NCBI GenBank assembly: GCA_046350735.1
Contig: JAXLZU010000001.1
Coordinates: forward strand, 140,530 to 204,529
DNA from: Candidatus Saccharimonadota bacterium
Lineage (GTDB): Bacteria > Patescibacteriota > Saccharimonadia > CAILAD01 > BJGX01
DNA: 64,000 bases
Direction of reading: 5' to 3'
Below the pieces are notes generated by a model. That model had not been told where the DNA came from. It searched no databases and worked only from the letters and a program-made list of their open reading frames with translations. Within the stretch, counting starts at the first letter, position 1. Each line of letters starts with the position of its first letter. Below are positions 60,020-64,000 of the stretch, one piece after another. The position numbers were made by a program, and so were the translations under genes.

Positions 60020-61433
60020 GTTCTACGTAACGACACCTATTTATTATATTAATGATGTGCCGCATATTGGGCATGCGTATTCTACAATAGCTGCCGACAC
60101 GTTGGCACGCTACTATCGTGGTAAGTTAGGTAAAGATAATGTCTTATTTGTAACCGGAACCGACGAAAACTCGCAAAAAACAATTAATGCTGCGGAGCTT
60201 GCCAAACAAAGTCCAGAAGAATATACAGAAATAACCGCCCAAAAATGGCAAAACATCTTTAATACACTTGGCATTACTTACAATCGATTTATTCGCACAA
60301 CAGAAGACGATCATAAAAAAACTGTACAAGACATTTTGCAAAAAGTGTATGACAATGGCGATATTTATAAAGGTGTCTATGAAGGCTTGTATTGTGTTGG
60401 CCATGAAGCATTTATGAAAGAAGAAGACCTTGTAGATGGTCTTTGCCCCGATCACAAAAAAGCCCCAGAACACATTAAAGAAGAGAATTGGTTCTTTAAG
60501 CTCAGTAAGTATCAAGACAGATTAAAGCATTATATTTTAGATAACCCAGATTTTATTCAGCCACAATCGCGCCGTAATGAAGTATTAAGTTTTATCGAAA
60601 CAAAAGGTCTTGAAGACTTTAGTATTAGTCGCGAAACACAAGACTGGGGAATACGATTGCCATTTGACGATAGCCAAGTGGCCTATGTGTGGTTTGATGC
60701 GCTACTTAACTATGTAACTGCCGCTGGCTATGGCACAGAAAAGTTTGATAAATGGTGGCCAGCAGATTTACATATTGTCGGTAAAGATATTATTAAGTTT
60801 CATTGTATCTACTGGCCAGCAATGTTATGGAGTGCCGGTTTAGATTTACCTCATCAAGTTTTTGCGCATGGATTCTTTACAAATAATGGCGAAAAAATTA
60901 GCAAAAGTCTTGGCAATGCCATTGATCCAATTGAGTTAGTACAAAAATATGGCAATGATGCTCTGCGTTACTATTTATTACGCGAAATAACTTTTGGTAG
61001 CGATGGTGACTTTAGCTTGCAACGTTTTAACGAAGTATATAACTCTGACCTAGCAAATAACCTAGGCAATCTTGTATCGAGATTGGCTACAATGCTTAAT
61101 AAATACAATAATGCCGAGTATAACGAAGTAAAGGTAAAGCCGCGCTATGAGTACGAAGATGATATTACGCAGTTAAAATTCCATGCATGCCTTAGTGAAT
61201 TATTTTCTTGGCTCGATAGCCTGAATGGTGCAATAGAAGAAAACAAACCGTGGGAGTTGTTTAAGACAAACCCCCAAAAGACTGTAGAGGTGTTAAGCGC
61301 AATTACTTGTGAGATGGTAATGATTGCTAAATACTTAGAACCATTCTTGCCCGAAGCGAGTAAAAAAATACAAGCCATATTCAATAATGGTAATGTTCTT
61401 ACTCCTGAAGTTTTGTTTCCAAAATTTGACTAG
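59982..61433 (+). CDS. metG: Methionine-tRNA ligase
   Basis: PHIGH, YVWFDAL, GKDIIKFH and KISKS motifs. Confidence 0.97.
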   Translation: MKKTTKVNQAKNKFYVTTPIYYINDVPHIGHAYSTIAADTLARYYRGKLGKDNVLFVTGTDENSQKTINAAELAKQSPEEYTEITAQKWQNIFNTLGITYNRFIRTTEDDHKKTVQDILQKVYDNGDIYKGVYEGLYCVGHEAFMKEEDLVDGLCPDHKKAPEHIKEENWFFKLSKYQDRLKHYILDNPDFIQPQSRRNEVLSFIETKGLEDFSISRETQDWGIRLPFDDSQVAYVWFDALLNYVTAAGYGTEKFDKWWPADLHIVGKDIIKFHCIYWPAMLWSAGLDLPHQVFAHGFFTNNGEKISKSLGNAIDPIELVQKYGNDALRYYLLREITFGSDGDFSLQRFNEVYNSDLANNLGNLVSRLATMLNKYNNAEYNEVKVKPRYEYEDDITQLKFHACLSELFSWLDSLNGAIEENKPWELFKTNPQKTVEVLSAITCEMVMIAKYLEPFLPEASKKIQAIFNNGNVLTPEVLFPKFD

Positions 61434-61453
61434 ATAATAAAGGAGAGCTCATC

Positions 61454-62254
61454 TTGCAGTTAATAGATACACATGCCCATATACATTTCGATGAGTTTAA
61501 AGACAATCTCACTGGGCTGTTTTCTCGTGCTCTAGAGACTGGTGTAGAATCTATCATTACAGTTGGTACGGATGATGTTGATTCTCGACAAGCATTAGAA
61601 TTTGTCAGAAATAAAGAGATTGCACAAACAGCCAAAGGGATTAGTCTATATGCCTCGGTAGGTATTCACCCACATGATGCTCATCTGGGTGGTGATGGAT
61701 TTCTAACTATTAAAGAGTTAGTACAAAATGAAGAATATAGTAACAAATTGGTTGCCATTGGAGAGTGTGGTTTGGATTATTATAAAAACCTTTCATCTCC
61801 CATAGAACAAAAAGAAATGTTACGCTGGCAAATAGAACTTGCGCAGGAGTGTAGTTTGCCACTTATTTTTCATGTTCGTGACGCCTGGGAAGATTTTTTT
61901 GCAATCATCAAAGACTACCCGAAAGTACGAGGTGTCATTCATAGCTTTACTGGAACAAAAAGAGAAGTTGAACAGGCCTTAGATTATAATCTCCACTTTG
62001 GGTTAAATGGGATTGTTACGTTTACCAAACAACAAGCACAATTGGATGGAGTACTAGCTATACCAAAAGAACGTATTGTACTCGAGACCGATTGTCCTTT
62101 CTTAACCCCAGTACCAATGCGAGGCAAGATTAATGAGCCGGGCTACATGCATTTTACTGCCGAGTTTGTAGCTAACTTACGTAATGAAAAACTAGAGGAA
62201 TTTTCTCAAGAAATTTTAGCGAATTCTAACGCACTGTTTAAGCTTGAAAAATAA
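61454..62254 (+). CDS. tatD: TatD family nuclease
   Basis: DTHAH, GIHPH, GECGLDY and LETDCPFL motifs. Confidence 0.95.
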   Translation: MQLIDTHAHIHFDEFKDNLTGLFSRALETGVESIITVGTDDVDSRQALEFVRNKEIAQTAKGISLYASVGIHPHDAHLGGDGFLTIKELVQNEEYSNKLVAIGECGLDYYKNLSSPIEQKEMLRWQIELAQECSLPLIFHVRDAWEDFFAIIKDYPKVRGVIHSFTGTKREVEQALDYNLHFGLNGIVTFTKQQAQLDGVLAIPKERIVLETDCPFLTPVPMRGKINEPGYMHFTAEFVANLRNEKLEEFSQEILANSNALFKLEK

Positions 62255-62281
62255 TTTAAAAATACGTATAATAATGCAACT

Positions 62282-63430
62282 ATGAAGCGGGTTTATTTAG
62301 ACTATGCAGCGGCGACACCAATAGAAGCAGAAGTTGCGGTAGCTATGCAAAATGCAGTGGCGAATTTTGCGAATCCGGCTGCAGCGTATACTTCTGCAAG
62401 ACTAGCAAAAACCGAGCTCGACAAACATCGTAAGACACTAGCTATGTTTATTGGTGCTAACAGTGATGAGATAGTATTTACCAGTGGTGCAAGTGAGTCT
62501 AACAATCTGGCAATTTTGGGTGCAGCACGCAAAAAGGGTAAAGGTGAAATTATATCTGCCCTAAGCGAACATAGCTCTGTTCGTGAGCCGCTGAAGCAGC
62601 TAGAAAAAGAAGGTTTTATTGTTCACTGGTGCAGAGTAGATAACCAAGGTCGAATAGATAAAACACAGTTTAAACAACTGCTGCATACCAATACTATTCT
62701 TGTCACTCTAAGTTTGGCAAACTCAGAATATGGAACCATAGAAGATATTACTGGGCTTGTAGAAATAGTGCGAGAGTTTGAAAAAGAGCAGAAGTCAAAG
62801 GTGCTGTTTCATACCGATGCTAGTGCAGCGGCCATGGTAAATAATTGTAGTGTATCTCGGCTAGGGGTAGATCTGCTTACTCTGAGCAGCGCTAAGCTAT
62901 ATGGCCCAAATGGCATAGGGTTAGTATATGTGCGTCGAGGTAGCGCTATTCAGCCACAAATATTTGGTGGTAAGCAAGAAAATAGTTTGCGTGCCGGAAC
63001 AGAGAGTGGTTTTTTACTAGCCGGCTTTGCCAGGGCTATAGAAATAGTTCTGCAAAAGCGCAAAGACGATGAAAAGCATTTTAGAGAACTTTACTCTAAG
63101 CTAACAGATTACTTTAAGACAAAGAATGTGGTAATTAATGGTGATAGTAAGCATCGCTTGTACTCTTTGCTTAGTGTAAGTTTTAGGAATATTAATGGCG
63201 AAGATTTAGTTGCTTATCTAGACAGTAAGGGTTTTGAAGTTTCTACCGGAGCAGCCTGCGAAGTCAGTAATCAGACACCCAGCACGGCACTACTTGCGTT
63301 AGGACGAACCAAAAAAGAAGCTCAAGGCAGCTTACGTATTTCGTTTGGTAGAACCACTACAAGTAATGACATTATGGCATTCACAAACGCCCTAGAAGAA
63401 ACGTTAACTATACTAGAGAGTCAGCAATGA
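62282..63430 (+). CDS. iscS: Cysteine desulfurase (IscS/NifS family)
   Basis: YLDYAAATP, FTSGASESNN, SSAKLYGP and STGAAC motifs. Confidence 0.9.
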   Translation: MKRVYLDYAAATPIEAEVAVAMQNAVANFANPAAAYTSARLAKTELDKHRKTLAMFIGANSDEIVFTSGASESNNLAILGAARKKGKGEIISALSEHSSVREPLKQLEKEGFIVHWCRVDNQGRIDKTQFKQLLHTNTILVTLSLANSEYGTIEDITGLVEIVREFEKEQKSKVLFHTDASAAAMVNNCSVSRLGVDLLTLSSAKLYGPNGIGLVYVRRGSAIQPQIFGGKQENSLRAGTESGFLLAGFARAIEIVLQKRKDDEKHFRELYSKLTDYFKTKNVVINGDSKHRLYSLLSVSFRNINGEDLVAYLDSKGFEVSTGAACEVSNQTPSTALLALGRTKKEAQGSLRISFGRTTTSNDIMAFTNALEETLTILESQQ

Positions 63431-64000
63431 AAAAGTTTTTTATTACACTGGCAATAATTTTGGGAGTATTAGTGGTACTAGCAACGACATTTATAGTTGG
63501 TATTGGCTATTACCTTAGCCCGCAATCAAAGCTAGAAAAAGCCGATGCGATTGTAGTTATTTCTGGAGGCCAGACAACCTCGCGTGCCGATAAGGGTATT
63601 GATTTGTATAAACAAGGTTATAGCAAAAATATTATTTTTTCGGGTGCTGCGTTAGACGATGGACCAAGTAATGCCGCAGCTATGCAACAACAAGCACTCG
63701 ATGCCGGTGTGAGCGCAAAGGTAATATATACCGATGAGGCATCACAAGACACCTACCAAAATGCTGTTAATAGTAAAGAAATACTACAAAAGCTAGATGA
63801 GAAAAAAATAATTCTTGTAACGAGCCCATACCATCAGCGTCGAGCCTACGAGACATTTAAGCAAGTGCTTGGTCCAGACTACACAATACTAAATGCTAGT
63901 GCTTTTGATGACAGATGGAGTAAATCTCGATGGTGGGAAAAGGGCTTTGCTTCTAATATTACCTTAAGTGAATCTGCCAAACTCTTTTATATTTTAGTAA
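63427..64000 (+). CDS. YdcF/DUF218 family protein, 3'-truncated by the window edge
   Basis: Read by hand: N-terminal TM, ADAIVVISGG, DTYQNA and LVTSPYHQRRA. Confidence 0.85.
   Translation, partial: MKKFFITLAIILGVLVVLATTFIVGIGYYLSPQSKLEKADAIVVISGGQTTSRADKGIDLYKQGYSKNIIFSGAALDDGPSNAAAMQQQALDAGVSAKVIYTDEASQDTYQNAVNSKEILQKLDEKKIILVTSPYHQRRAYETFKQVLGPDYTILNASAFDDRWSKSRWWEKGFASNITLSESAKLFYILV

Overview
This is AT-rich chromosomal DNA with a gene set and compact style typical of Patescibacteria/CPR (probably Saccharimonadia-like; this is inference from gene content, standard genetic code). The backbone carries comEC-yebC-ruvCAB, pilM and a pilin, tsaE/tsaB, rny, HU, mgtE, hisS, proS, metG, pgk, eno, pyk, tpiA, ppa, dut, pcrA, an rpfB-like gene, rsmA, tatD, a cysteine desulfurase and 8 tRNAs. 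A GC-richer ~10.5 kb integrative element (37247-47755) sits at the 3' end of tRNA-Glu. It encodes a large serine recombinase, a replication-relaxation protein, a type IV coupling protein and a diversity-generating retroelement (DGR). The DGR has a target gene with VR, an RT and a 179-bp TR; all 30 TR/VR mismatches fall at TR adenines and no avd gene is recognisable. Four further candidates for undescribed biology stand out. (1) A ~480-nt structured intergenic RNA carries hairpins that copy the 530 and 790 loops of 16S rRNA on non-rRNA stems. (2) In a sortase locus, two beta-helix adhesins lack their last strand and anchor, which a separate small LAPTG protein appears to supply. (3) The recombinase C-terminus would be swapped on excision. 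(4) A promoter-driven small RNA converges on a putative nuclease gene. All alignments and counts were done by eye, with no database searches.
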